A stretch of DNA of 64,000 bases, from NCBI GenBank assembly GCA_965222155.1, contig CBDCTH010000012.1, forward strand, positions 3,168,001-3,232,000, read 5' to 3'. Of the stretch, positions 28,968 through 40,094 are shown in pieces; positions within the stretch are counted from its first letter, which is position 1, and every line of letters starts with the position of its first letter. The DNA comes from Gammaproteobacteria bacterium. GTDB lineage: Bacteria > Pseudomonadota > Gammaproteobacteria > Eutrophobiales > Eutrophobiaceae. The position numbers and the translations under genes were made by a program. The notes under the pieces are model-generated. The model was not told the origin of the DNA. It saw only the letters and a list, made by a program, of their open reading frames with translations, and ran no database searches.

Positions 28968-29054
28968 TGGTGCCGGGAGAGAGACTCGAACTCTCACTCT
29001 GTTGCCAGAACCGGATTTTGAGTCCGGCGCGTCTACCAGTTCCGCCACCCCGGC
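28968..29054 (-). tRNA. tRNA-Leu (anticodon CAA)
   Basis: GCCGGGGTGGCGGAACTGGTAGACGCG...CT-CAA-AA, long variable arm, GTTCGAGTC, CCA end; 87 nt. Confidence 0.96.
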
Positions 29055-29141
29055 TTTAGATAAAGGAATGAAGGACTGTTAAGTATAAGGAAACCCGCGA
29101 GTTTGTTAAACAGTTTCGTCGTATTTGTTACACTCAGCCGT

Positions 29142-30182
29142 ATGTTGCGCCAGGATTTTGACTTTGAGTTACCGGAAGAATTAATAGCCCAGTACCCCGC
29201 ACCCGAGCGGGATGCCAGCCGGTTGTTGCTGCTTGACGGCAGGACCGGCGGGTATTCCGATAAGAGTTTTAGCGACCTTGTTGCATTGGTGAACCCCGGA
29301 GACCTGCTTGTGTTTAACGATACCCGGGTGATCCCGGCCAGGTTGTTCGGGCGCAAGGCAACGGGTGGCCGGGTTGAGGTCCTGATCGAACGCCTGCTGG
29401 ATGACTCAAGCTGTCTGGCCCATTTGCAGGCAAACAAGACACCCAAAGAGGGCGGCCGAATTATATTGGACGGCGGGGTTGAATTGCAGGTCGTCAGCCG
29501 TCAGCATGACTTGTTCAGGGTAAAGCTGCTGGATGGACAAGCACTGATGGACGTGCTGGTAATGCAGGGGCATACGCCGCTGCCGCCTTACATCCGCCGT
29601 GCGGACGAGGCAATTGACGCGCAACGCTACCAGACCGTGTACGCCAGAAAGCCCGGCGCGGTAGCGGCGCCGACAGCGGGACTGCATTTTACCCGCACAC
29701 TGATCAAGGAGCTGGAGAGAAAGGGGGTCATTTGCGCTTATGTTACCCTGCACGTGGGCGCAGGGACATTCCAGCCCATCCGGGAAGAAAGTATCGAAAA
29801 TCACAGGATGCACAGTGAGTGGTATCAGGTGGATGAGGAGGTCTGTGAGCAGGTAAGCGCCGTAAAAACCGCCGGCAATCGGGTCATTGCGGTGGGTACT
29901 ACGTCAGTCAGGTGTCTGGAAGCGGCTGCCGGTGAACGCGGGCTTCAGCCGTTTCAGGGGGAAACGGATATTTTTATCTATCCCGGGTTTGAATTTCAAA
30001 CCGTGGATGCCATGATCACCAACTTTCACCTGCCGGGTTCAACGTTATTGCTCCTGGTATGCGCGTTTGCCGGCCGTGGGAATATTATGAAGGCTTACCA
30101 TCATGCTATTGAGGAAAGGTATCGGTTTTTCAGTTATGGTGACGCTATGTTTATCTCCGGGTATCACAGGCAAACAGGATGA
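29142..30182 (+). CDS. queA: S-adenosylmethionine:tRNA ribosyltransferase-isomerase
   Basis: [41 protein letters not shown]; start moved to ATG 29142. Confidence 0.97.
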   Translation: MLRQDFDFELPEELIAQYPAPERDASRLLLLDGRTGGYSDKSFSDLVALVNPGDLLVFNDTRVIPARLFGRKATGGRVEVLIERLLDDSSCLAHLQANKTPKEGGRIILDGGVELQVVSRQHDLFRVKLLDGQALMDVLVMQGHTPLPPYIRRADEAIDAQRYQTVYARKPGAVAAPTAGLHFTRTLIKELERKGVICAYVTLHVGAGTFQPIREESIENHRMHSEWYQVDEEVCEQVSAVKTAGNRVIAVGTTSVRCLEAAAGERGLQPFQGETDIFIYPGFEFQTVDAMITNFHLPGSTLLLLVCAFAGRGNIMKAYHHAIEERYRFFSYGDAMFISGYHRQTG

Positions 30183-30186
30183 ATGA

Positions 30187-31338
<1,152 letters not shown>

Positions 31339-31354
31339 GGCAGGCTGTGGTGTA

Positions 31355-32602
31355 ATGACAAAGTTAAATAACACATCCCGCTTCGTCGGTCGGTTTCTCT
31401 GCGACAACCATGCCTGGCTGCTGGTTGCGTCCACCCTGCTTCTGTTATCTACCGAGACCTTGTCACTGATCCCCCAGGGAATTATGGCGGCGCTAGGGAT
31501 TTACCATGTAGGTCGAAACCCGCATACGCTCTACCGGGACAAGTCATTACGGGCTTTATTGTTCCTGTTTTTATGTCTGTGGCTGCCGCAACTGATCTCT
31601 CTCATAGGCGCGGTAAACCCGGCGCGTTCGGCAAAAATCGTATTGTTATACCCGCTTTACCTGTTTTGCGGAATATTCATTCTGCGGGAACTGGCGCGAC
31701 CGGGCAATCTCTCCCGTTTATCCCGGGCACTGTTGCTTGTTGTTATGTTCTGGTGTGTTGACGCCCTGATCCAGTACGCGACGGGGGCAAACCTGCTCGG
31801 CTACCCCTACCAGGACGGCATGTTGAGCGGGATGTTTTACCCGAAGCTGCGACTGGGCATCGTACTGGCCGTTGTTGTCCCCGTTGCCCTGGAGACAATC
31901 AGACATGTCAACAGGGACAGTTTGTATCCCTGGCTGCTGTTGATACCGTTTACTGTGGTAGTGCTGCTGAGTGGTCGAAGAAGTGCCTGGCTCATGTTGA
32001 TAATCGGTTTGTCGGCATACCTTCCCCTGGTCGTGCTTTCATTGTCTTCCAGGGCAAGATATATCATCACCGGCGCCTTATGTGTTGCCGTAATGCTGGT
32101 CAGCTGGATATATTTCAAGAGTCCTGACATCAATCGCCGGATCGTGTTGCTGACAGGCATGCTCGGCAGTGAATACCAAGCCGAACGGGCAACGTCCAAA
32201 CGCACACCGATCTGGGACACGGCCTATAACATGCTGCAGGATAACTGGATAAACGGGGTAGGGCCGAGAGGTTTCCGCTACGTGTATAAAGCTTATGCGG
32301 ACGAAGACAACTACTTTGTTCGTCAGGGGCAGGAGGGGCAAACCCACCCCCACCTGGTTTTTCTCGAGATTGCCGTTGAAACCGGGGTCATAGGGCTTAT
32401 CGGCTTTATTCTGTTCTATTTCACCGTACTCCGTTACTGGTGGCGGGGAAGACACTCCACGATTAACGGCGCCTGGACCGCTACGCTCCTGGCCGCAACG
32501 TTCCCGCTGAATGCGCACCTGGCGTTTTACGGTTCTTATTGGAGCGGTTACCTGTGGCTGCTGATAGCTTGTACGCTCACCGCAGTTCTGTCCCGGGAGT
32601 GA
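31355..32602 (+). CDS. O-antigen ligase family membrane protein
   Basis: Multi-TM; SGRRSAW, R..IW, GVGPRGF, HPH...E...ETGVIG. Confidence 0.85.
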   Translation: MTKLNNTSRFVGRFLCDNHAWLLVASTLLLLSTETLSLIPQGIMAALGIYHVGRNPHTLYRDKSLRALLFLFLCLWLPQLISLIGAVNPARSAKIVLLYPLYLFCGIFILRELARPGNLSRLSRALLLVVMFWCVDALIQYATGANLLGYPYQDGMLSGMFYPKLRLGIVLAVVVPVALETIRHVNRDSLYPWLLLIPFTVVVLLSGRRSAWLMLIIGLSAYLPLVVLSLSSRARYIITGALCVAVMLVSWIYFKSPDINRRIVLLTGMLGSEYQAERATSKRTPIWDTAYNMLQDNWINGVGPRGFRYVYKAYADEDNYFVRQGQEGQTHPHLVFLEIAVETGVIGLIGFILFYFTVLRYWWRGRHSTINGAWTATLLAATFPLNAHLAFYGSYWSGYLWLLIACTLTAVLSRE

Positions 32603-32633
32603 ATCACAGAGGCCGGTCCGCGCTTAATCTGCG

Positions 32634-33656
32634 TCATCCGAGGGTGCTTTCATAGAGGTCCTCAAACTTCGGGATCACCTTGTCTGCGGCGTAATGGTCG
32701 TGAAACAGGGTCCATGCCGTTTGCGCGCGCCGTTGACGGCCGTTCGGATCGTTAATTGCCGCTCTCAGCGCAGCAGTCAACGCCTCCTCATCAGCGTCAC
32801 AAAGCCAGGCGCTGTCGTCGTCCAAGATTTCCATCGGCCCGTGACATTTCGTCGCGACAATGGGCATACCGCAGGCCATAGCCTCCAATACCGCGATACC
32901 GAAAGGCTCGTACCTGGAGGGCAGCACAAACAGGTCGCCTTGCAGCAGAAAACTGCGTATATCGTTCTGCCAGCCGACAAAATTAACCTTGTTTTCGAGG
33001 TTCAGTGACTCTGCCATGCGCATTAGCGGGCGCCGCTCGCGACCGTCACCTGCAATATACAGACGGATATCACTATCCGCCAGGCGGTTGAAACACCGTA
33101 ACAGCAGGTCAAATCCTTTTTTATGCACAAATCTGCCGTGTGTCACTATCTTTGTTACTTTGTCATTGCATCGGATTTCGGCTATCGGCGCAAAGCTGGA
33201 AAAGTTGGGGATCAATCGTAACCTGTGTGCGGGGATGCCCTGGTTGATCAAATAATCGCGTTGCGTTGCCGTTGTGGGGGTGAAAACGGTTGCGTGCCTG
33301 AAGTATTTCAGGTCGACGAAGTCATGGGTGTGGGCGACCAGGGGGATCTTGAGTCCGGATGCTGCCGGTCCTGCGAGGTGGGCGGCGCGCCCCAGGGACG
33401 TTTGTATGAGTTCCGAACCGTGGGCCCGGACCAGCCTGGTGATTTTCCGGGGAGCCAGGGGGTCCCACGGGCCCATGACCCGAATTGATTCACTGTGTAG
33501 GTTTGCTGCCTTTTCCAGACGCAGTGCGGCTTTCGAACCGGCATGAGATATGGCGAGTATGTTGTGACCGTGCCGGGCCAGCTCATTGGTCAAATCCACA
33601 TAAAACCTTTCCGCTCCGCCGAACTTCCCGGCAAGCATGATTATGCAAATCTTCAT
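32634..33656 (-). CDS. Glycosyltransferase family 4
   Basis: GGAER, GRFVHKKG, PSRYEPFGIAVLEAMACG. Confidence 0.93.
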   Translation of the reverse strand: MKICIIMLAGKFGGAERFYVDLTNELARHGHNILAISHAGSKAALRLEKAANLHSESIRVMGPWDPLAPRKITRLVRAHGSELIQTSLGRAAHLAGPAASGLKIPLVAHTHDFVDLKYFRHATVFTPTTATQRDYLINQGIPAHRLRLIPNFSSFAPIAEIRCNDKVTKIVTHGRFVHKKGFDLLLRCFNRLADSDIRLYIAGDGRERRPLMRMAESLNLENKVNFVGWQNDIRSFLLQGDLFVLPSRYEPFGIAVLEAMACGMPIVATKCHGPMEILDDDSAWLCDADEEALTAALRAAINDPNGRQRRAQTAWTLFHDHYAADKVIPKFEDLYESTLG

Positions 33657-33867
33657 CCAGACCCGGAAGCCACTGGTTGCCCGGAATGCACCGTTTTCTC
33701 CATCAGTTTATTGTTGAACATCAGTAGCTCCCCCTAATAATATAGGCTAACCGGGACCGGGGCAATTTGCCCTCACCGAGGGAGAGGCGCCCGCGTCCCG
33801 GGGAATAAATGACGACCTGTTCACTATTGGTATATTATAAGCGCCAGTGCAATAGTGAGAAACAGCA

Positions 33868-34776
33868 ATGTCAGACTTTATTGAAATCGTTGACGTCAGT
33901 CCCCGGGACGGGCTGCAAAGCCAACCGGTGCTGTTGAGTGTAGAACACAAACTGGAATTGATAAACCGCCTGATCGACGCGGGCATACGGCGTATGGAGA
34001 CGGTCAGTTTTGTCAATCCCAAACGGGTTCCGCAGATGGCGGATGCGGAACAGGTCGTGCGCGGGCTGCCGCAGAGGGATGATGTGACGTTTATCGGACT
34101 GGTGCTGAACCTGCGCGGTTTTGAACGGGCCGTGGCCTGCAATATCGATGAAATAAACTGTGCGGTGGTGGCCTCGGATACATTCAACCTGCGTAACCAG
34201 GGAGCCACCACAGAACAGACCATGGCGGTGATCGAGGAGATTACCCGAGAGGTCCGGGCTGCCGGCATTAATATGGGCGTGACCGTCAGCGCCGCGTTCG
34301 GTTGCCCGTTTGAGGGAGAAATGTCGCAGGAAAAGGTAGTGCGCCTGGTGCAACGTCTGGCTGCGATGGGCTATACTGACATTTCCCTGGCGGATACCAT
34401 TGGCGCCGCCGGTCCCTCCGACGTTGCCGCCCTGGTGAAGCGCATCAGGACCCTCGAGCCCGATCTGAGCCTGAGTTGTCATTTCCATAACACCCGGAAT
34501 ACGGCCGTGGCAAACACCTACGCGGCAATCCAGGAAGGTGTCACGACTTTTGACGCAAGCTGCGGCGGCGTCGGCGGCTGCCCATTCGCCCCGGCGGCGA
34601 CCGGTAACGTGGCGACGGAAGACCTGTTATACATGATCCATCGCATGGGTCTGAAGACGGGTGTCGATATCGATAAAATCATCGAAACGGCAAAATGGCT
34701 GGAAGGCCCGCTGGGAACGGCCATGCCGGCCATGGTTACCCGCGCCGGTGTGTTTCCCAGCGCAAAGGCGGCGTAG
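33868..34776 (+). CDS. Hydroxymethylglutaryl-CoA lyase
   Basis: PRDGLQ, FGCPFEG, LADTIG, HFHNTR, GGCPFAP.ATGNVATED. Confidence 0.93.
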   Translation: MSDFIEIVDVSPRDGLQSQPVLLSVEHKLELINRLIDAGIRRMETVSFVNPKRVPQMADAEQVVRGLPQRDDVTFIGLVLNLRGFERAVACNIDEINCAVVASDTFNLRNQGATTEQTMAVIEEITREVRAAGINMGVTVSAAFGCPFEGEMSQEKVVRLVQRLAAMGYTDISLADTIGAAGPSDVAALVKRIRTLEPDLSLSCHFHNTRNTAVANTYAAIQEGVTTFDASCGGVGGCPFAPAATGNVATEDLLYMIHRMGLKTGVDIDKIIETAKWLEGPLGTAMPAMVTRAGVFPSAKAA

Positions 34777-34856
34777 GCAGGTGCATTAGTAGCGATTCAG
34801 TTTATAAATATAATAAATATATAGCGATCTCAACAAAAAAATGTTACAATTACTAT

Positions 34857-36047
34857 ATGATTCATTCATTTTCGGTAACGAACTACCATTCAATACGTGA
34901 AGAGGCAGTTCTCGACCTGCGGGTTCCAAAGACCACCCCTGATCTGCCGCGCTTTCGACAGAGCGAGGCCAGACCGGATACCAGACTCCCTTCAGTCGTC
35001 GTACTAATGGGCCCGAATGGATCGGGTAAGACAACATTACTCCGCGCACTAACTACTGTAATCCGCTTCGCTTGCATACCATGGCGGACTCAAGAAATAC
35101 CTATCAAAGCTATTGTTCCCTTTTTTTCAAAAGGAACTCGGAATGAACCTACACGCTTTTGTGTAGAATTTGAAGCTGACTGGCTGGCTACAGGTGAGTC
35201 ATCGAGTTTATTTTGCTATGAACTTTCCCTGGATGCGGAACAGATAATGTACGAAGCTTTATTCCACTTTCCTAGAGGTCGCTCGCGCCGCCTTTTCGAA
35301 CGTGGCAAGCCTGAGGAAGCTATCTATGTTTCTCACGAATTCGGAATTAAACCCAAAGATGATCGCCTGAAAGCGGTTCGGAAAGATGCCTCGGTAATTG
35401 GTACGCTTGCAATGCTCAATGTACCACTGGCCATGAGAATAACGCAACAGTTGAGCTACTCTCTTTTGTCTACCAACATCATATACCACAAAAATTTGAT
35501 TCCAACGACTGAGACCGTGGTTGCTCTTCTTAGGCAGTATCCTGATGTTGGACACCAGATCATAAAAGAGATTCAGTGTAATGACCTGGCGATAGAAAAT
35601 GTGCGCTTTGCAGGCAACGGCAAGGGAGAGGAGGAGGTTCTGTTCGATCATCATAACCTTGATACACCGGTTCCTTTAATCGGTGAATCCGGTGGAACCA
35701 AACGCATGTTTTACCTGCTACCTCAAATATACACCGCATTGAATACCGGTGTTGCCGCTGTCATTGATGAAATCGATGGTAATCTGCATGTGGATATAGC
35801 CAGTGAGTTTCTCCGCCGATTTCAGTCCAGGGAGACAAACCCGCACGCCGCACAGCTTTTTGTTACATCCCACAATGTCGGGTTACTCGACGATCTGGAG
35901 AAAGAAGAACTTTTCATCGTAGAAAAAGGCGAAGATGGTGGGACCCGAGTCCATGGTGCGCAAGACGTGATGGGCCTGCGTCGAGATACCAGACTCTATC
36001 CCAAATATCGCGCCGGGGTGCTCGGCGGTTTACCAAAGCTTGGTTGA
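34857..36047 (+). CDS. AAA_21-type ATPase (RloA/AbiLi-like)
   Basis: GPNGSGKT Walker A, ESGGTKR signature, IDEID Walker B, TSHN; start moved to ATG 34857. Confidence 0.85.
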   Translation: MIHSFSVTNYHSIREEAVLDLRVPKTTPDLPRFRQSEARPDTRLPSVVVLMGPNGSGKTTLLRALTTVIRFACIPWRTQEIPIKAIVPFFSKGTRNEPTRFCVEFEADWLATGESSSLFCYELSLDAEQIMYEALFHFPRGRSRRLFERGKPEEAIYVSHEFGIKPKDDRLKAVRKDASVIGTLAMLNVPLAMRITQQLSYSLLSTNIIYHKNLIPTTETVVALLRQYPDVGHQIIKEIQCNDLAIENVRFAGNGKGEEEVLFDHHNLDTPVPLIGESGGTKRMFYLLPQIYTALNTGVAAVIDEIDGNLHVDIASEFLRRFQSRETNPHAAQLFVTSHNVGLLDDLEKEELFIVEKGEDGGTRVHGAQDVMGLRRDTRLYPKYRAGVLGGLPKLG

Positions 36048-36053
36048 ACAAAA

Positions 36054-36599
36054 ATGCGCCGTCGCCGTTCGGTCAATCCCAGACGCGCTATATTTATCGG
36101 TGTAGAAGGAATAAGCGATCGCGCATTGGTGAGATTTCTCGGAAAATGTTGTGAACGGAAAGGACTACATCTCCATCTCGACGTCAAACCGGCAAACGGT
36201 GGTGATTCTGTTGCTGTTGTCCAAGCCGCTGCCCGACATGCACCAAAGCGTTCGGAGTACAGCAAAAAACTGGTATTACTTGATAAGGACCGCATCGAAC
36301 AGGATAAGAAGACCGGACGCGATGCCTTAGTTGTCGCGTCTTCATACAGGTTGGAAATAATCCTGCTAAACCCGAACCTGGAAGGACTCCTATTCAGGTT
36401 GTATTCAGGAAACGAGCGACGACAAATCCGGGCTCAGGATGCGATGAAGGAGTTAAAGAGAGTCTGGCCAGAATACGATAAACCGCCTACGGCAGATCAG
36501 TTAGATCAACGCTTTAAGGCAACTGATTTGCTCCGAGCTGCCCGGTACGATGAACACCTGCAAAGGTTGCTTAAAATCCTTAGACTCTACATCAAGTGA
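36054..36599 (+). CDS. RloB/AbiLii-like TOPRIM-type protein
   Basis: IGVEG, LLDKD, NPNLE motifs; 6 bp downstream of the ATPase. Confidence 0.7.
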   Translation: MRRRRSVNPRRAIFIGVEGISDRALVRFLGKCCERKGLHLHLDVKPANGGDSVAVVQAAARHAPKRSEYSKKLVLLDKDRIEQDKKTGRDALVVASSYRLEIILLNPNLEGLLFRLYSGNERRQIRAQDAMKELKRVWPEYDKPPTADQLDQRFKATDLLRAARYDEHLQRLLKILRLYIK

Positions 36600-36667
36600 A
36601 TAATAGCACCAGATGGACACATCAAGAAGGAAGGACAAACTTTTGCCGAGAAAGAACATTATCTTTA

Positions 36668-36767
36668 GGGAACCTCTATTTATTCACAAATTGATATATT
36701 AGCGGTCAATGATTTCAATAAGTTTGCAACCCTGTGTATCGAAAAATGTCAATTATTAGAGGTTCCC
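36668..36767. mobile_element. 100-bp MITE with the ends of the IS5 element at 45382-46649
   Basis: gggaacctctatttattca / gtcaattattagaggttccc; TTA on both sides. Confidence 0.8.
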
Positions 36768-36945
36768 TTATATGTTGTTTCTCGGAAATCTTGACCAGGC
36801 AGAAAATGCAAAAACTTTGCTTAAGGTCTTAGATGCTGGGGTCGGCGGATTTGGTGTCGGATACCTTTTTCTTAGGTTGATTAGCCGCTTGACTAGCAAG
36901 TTATAAGCCTCCGTGCTTTCACATCATCTGCTTCTGCAGGTCGAT
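36768..36945 (+). repeat. 178-bp copy of 50882-51059 (3' ends of the 144-aa ORF and the aminotransferase)
   Basis: Direct repeat with only a few substitutions. Confidence 0.92.
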
Positions 36946-37204
36946 GCAATCCAGGAAGGCGTCACGACTTTTGACGCAAGCTGCGGCGGCGTCGGCGGTT
37001 GCCCGTTCGCCCCGGCGGCGACCGGTAACGTGGCGACGGAAGACCTGTTGTACATGATCCATCGCATGGGTCTGAAGACGGGTGTCGATATCGATAAAAT
37101 CATCGAAACGGCAAAATGGCTGGAAGGCCCCCTGGGAACGGCCATGCCGGCCATGGTTACCCGCGCCGGTGTGTTTACCAGCGCAGAAGCGGCGTAGACA
37201 GGTG
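36946..37204 (+). pseudogene. Duplicate of the HMG-CoA lyase 3' end (34525-34783)
   Basis: AIQEGVTTFDASCGG...RAGVF is near-identical; no start. Confidence 0.92.
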
Positions 37205-37284
37205 TAACCAGCATAAGTGTTTGGCTATTCGTCTTGGTATGATATATAGTAATACCCGGACTTTTTCATGCATGGAGAGACTTG

Positions 37285-37527
37285 ATGGCACAAGCAAAAA
37301 TAGCAATTTCACTTGATGAGCAGATGCTTCAACAACTCGATGGGTTGGTAGCGGAGGCCATATTTCCAAGTCGCAGTCAGGCTATACAGTTGGCGGTACA
37401 GGAGAAACTGGCACGGATGGAGCGTGGACGCCTGGCCCGTGAGTGTGCGAAGCTTGACCCGGTTTTCGAAAAAGCAATGGCTGAAGAGGGGTTTGCAGAG
37501 GACGCAACCGCATGGCCCGCATATTGA
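37285..37527 (+). CDS. Ribbon-helix-helix (CopG-type) antitoxin
   Basis: KIAISL...SRSQAIQ; overlaps the toxin start. Confidence 0.85.
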   Translation: MAQAKIAISLDEQMLQQLDGLVAEAIFPSRSQAIQLAVQEKLARMERGRLARECAKLDPVFEKAMAEEGFAEDATAWPAY

Positions 37528-37850
37528 GAGGTGACATTCGCTGGGCAGACTTGAACCCGGTACGGGGGCATGAGCAGGCCGGGCAACGGCCGGTGTTAAT
37601 CCTCAGTCATGATGTCTTTAACGAGCGTTCAAACACTGTCATTGCTATGGCGCTGACCAGTCAACCGCAACGCGCGGGTTTCCCATTGACCCTCAAGCTC
37701 GAAGCAGACGGATTGCCGCAACAGTCATGGGTTAAAATCAGTCAAATTCGCACGCTTGCCGTTGAAAGAATCGGGAAACGCATGGCGATGGTCACGCCCG
37801 AAGATCTGGTGCGTATCGTTGAGGGTCTCAACGAGATTATCAGTCCCTGA
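37512..37850 (+). CDS. MazF/PemK family toxin
   Basis: RGDIRWADLNPVRGHEQAGQRPVLILS, SQIRT. Confidence 0.93.
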   Translation: MARILRGDIRWADLNPVRGHEQAGQRPVLILSHDVFNERSNTVIAMALTSQPQRAGFPLTLKLEADGLPQQSWVKISQIRTLAVERIGKRMAMVTPEDLVRIVEGLNEIISP

Positions 37851-38163
37851 AGTTGGTATGGAGGTGCTTGGTGTTTTTGGTGGAGCCTCTGTGAATACCT
37901 TTCTGAGCAAGTTTCGCAGCTTGTCCAGTGTCGTCGCCGGCAATCCGCACGGCCCTCAGACCAGGAGTACGCTGAATGTCGTTGATAGCTGACTGCACCG
38001 CCTCGATAAAACTCGCCGCCTCACGTTCGAAGACGATAAATTGAACGCCATCTGACCGACCAACGGTTCCATCATCGCAGCCATTATTGAAGAGAGCATC
38101 GATCATGGCCTCATCCTGCATGTCAGGGCCCTCTACGATCAGCGTAAAGTGGTGACTCTGCAT
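37840..38163 (-). CDS. Putative HicB-like antitoxin domain protein
   Basis: FTL...ALF..GCDD...FEREA.S...AV.SAI.DI; GGAGG RBS. Confidence 0.55.
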   Translation of the reverse strand: MQSHHFTLIVEGPDMQDEAMIDALFNNGCDDGTVGRSDGVQFIVFEREAASFIEAVQSAINDIQRTPGLRAVRIAGDDTGQAAKLAQKGIHRGSTKNTKHLHTNFRD

Positions 38164-38175
38164 CTCATATCCTCC

Positions 38176-38412
38176 TTACGGTATACTCTTGTGTGGGCAT
38201 TTACGCACCATGCGCAGCAGATGCCTGGCATGATTTTGAGGATTTCGGAGAGTAGACCAGACAGAGTACTGACAGCCTGAACGACTGGATTCCGCACATC
38301 GGATCACACCCCAACGATGACCATACTTTGTGGTCGTAATTGCTCATCCCGCTGCTTCTGCAATAACCAGCGCTTCCTCAATTTCCCTTTTCGGATGCTT
38401 CATCCATGACAT
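38176..38412 (-). pseudogene. HicA-like small basic toxin with an in-frame TGA
   Basis: MSWMKHPKREIEEAL...AAG*AITTTKYGHRWG...SVWST.RNP..HA; TGA at 38344-38346. Confidence 0.55.
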
Positions 38413-38488
38413 ACTGATATGATACAGCGTTTCCGGTTTATCAGCAAGATCGGGCCATTTCAGATCGGGCCATTTCATAGTTACTGCT

Positions 38489-38545
38489 TGCGTATTCCGG
38501 CGAAAGTGAACACCGAATCCGGCTCTTTATGAACACTTTTCGGTC
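38489..38545. mobile_element. Isolated IS21-like terminal fragment
   Basis: TGCGTATTCCGGCGAAAGTGAACAC followed by a second ATGAACAC subrepeat. Confidence 0.45.
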
Positions 38546-38627
38546 TTGACTTGACTGCCTGCTGATAAACGTAAGCAGAAAATGCGGTGCTGGAAAAATT
38601 GAGTGCGCTATCAGGAGAGATACAAGC

Positions 38628-40094
38628 ATGAATGCCATCCGGTCAAATGATTACCTAATCGGGCTGGTGCGGGAGTTATGTAAACTTCCTTACGAAACCG
38701 AATGGGTAGAGTTTAAGCAAAATGATGCTGAACCGAAGACAATCGGAGAGAATATTTCGGCGTTGGCCAACTCGGCAGCCTTGGTGGGTAAAGCATCTTC
38801 TTATGTAGTTTGGGGTGTCCGCAATGAGGATCATGCTGTGGTTGGTACCGCGTTCGACCCATCACAAAAGCGGGTTGGCAACGAAGAACTTGAAAACTGG
38901 CTACTACGCCTCCTGGAACCGAAAATAGAATTTCAATTCTTTTCGGTGAAAATAGACGAGCAACCAGTTGTTCTACTTGAAATATCAAGATCGGCGCATC
39001 AACCCGTGCGTTTCGAAGGGACGGAGTTCCTGCGGGTGGGTAGCTACACGAAAAAACTGGGACAGTTTCCAGAGAAAGAACGGGAGCTATGGCGCATCTT
39101 TGACCAGATACCTTTTGAAGATGTCATAGCGACTGAGCACAGAGATGATGCCGAAGTTTTGAAACTGCTCGACTATCCCGCCTACTTCGACTTACTGAAT
39201 ATGCCCTTACCGGAAAATCGTAATGGTATCCTGTCTGTATTGGCTGCTGACAATCTGATCAGGCCATGCGAAGCAGGCGGATGGAATATCACTAATTTGG
39301 GTGCAATATTGGTTGCCAGGAATCTTGATGACTTTCCTCGGCTCAGGCGTAAGGCCGTGCGGGTAATTCAATACCGCGGTGAGGGGCGTATCAATGCATC
39401 AAAAGAACAAGAAGGTATTAAAGGGTACGCAAGTGGCTTTGATGGTTTGATCAACTATATCACTGGGTTGTTGCCGGCTAACGAAGTTATCGGTCCGGCA
39501 TTGCGCCGAACGGTACCTATGTTCCCTGAATTGGCTGTACGAGAGTTGGTAGCAAACGCGCTCATTCACCAGGATTTCTTTGTTACGGGGTCTGGGCCAA
39601 TGGTGGAGATATTTGACAACCGTATTGAAATTACAAATTCTGGTGAACCTCTGGTGGATACGCAACGCTTTTTAGATACACCACCAAAATCCCGCAACGA
39701 AACGCTGGCCTCGCTCATGCGCCGTTTCGGTGTCTGTGAGGAACGGGGAAGCGGTATTGACAAGGTTGTTTTTGAAGTGGAAATAGCTCAGTTACCAGCC
39801 CCACTATTTGAAGTACCTGATGGTTTTACCCGCTCGGTTCTTTTTGCGTACAAGCCGTTCACTCGTATGGACAAGAAAGACCGCCAGCGTGCTTGCTATC
39901 TGCATGCGTGCCTGAAATATATAATAGGAGATTTTCTGACCAACGCATCACTACGAAAACGGTTTGGCATTGAGGCCAGGAATAAGGCCAGCGTATCGCG
40001 TTATATTCGGGAGGCCATGGAAGCCGGTCTCATAAAGCCGCATGATGAGGGCGCATCTCGGAAATGGATGAAATATGTACCTTTCTGGGTCTGA
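38628..40094 (+). CDS. AlbA_2/Schlafen + HATPase_c_4 + winged-helix protein
   Basis: ETEWVEFK, SALAN, YVVWGV; VRELVANALIHQD, RIEITN, EERGSGI. Confidence 0.85.
   Translation: MNAIRSNDYLIGLVRELCKLPYETEWVEFKQNDAEPKTIGENISALANSAALVGKASSYVVWGVRNEDHAVVGTAFDPSQKRVGNEELENWLLRLLEPKIEFQFFSVKIDEQPVVLLEISRSAHQPVRFEGTEFLRVGSYTKKLGQFPEKERELWRIFDQIPFEDVIATEHRDDAEVLKLLDYPAYFDLLNMPLPENRNGILSVLAADNLIRPCEAGGWNITNLGAILVARNLDDFPRLRRKAVRVIQYRGEGRINASKEQEGIKGYASGFDGLINYITGLLPANEVIGPALRRTVPMFPELAVRELVANALIHQDFFVTGSGPMVEIFDNRIEITNSGEPLVDTQRFLDTPPKSRNETLASLMRRFGVCEERGSGIDKVVFEVEIAQLPAPLFEVPDGFTRSVLFAYKPFTRMDKKDRQRACYLHACLKYIIGDFLTNASLRKRFGIEARNKASVSRYIREAMEAGLIKPHDEGASRKWMKYVPFWV

Larger units (their letters stand above)
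25064..28981. mobile_element. Integrase-less genomic island at tRNA-Leu(CAA)
   Basis: Flanking 15-bp att repeats, abrupt AT enrichment, IS remnants inside. Confidence 0.8.

Noticed and set aside
25064-28981. Prophage at tRNA-Leu
   Set aside because: No integrase, structural, replication or lysis genes are present; only an att scar and cargo remain.
34695-34856. N-terminal extension of the AAA ATPase overlapping hmgL
   Set aside because: The family-typical start MIHSFSVTNY begins at 34857; the upstream part is hmgL in another frame plus AT-rich promoter DNA.
36913-37197. 94-aa ORF as a novel fusion protein
   Set aside because: It is the duplication joint (aminotransferase antisense plus hmgL tail), lacks the catalytic N-terminus, and has no clear RBS.
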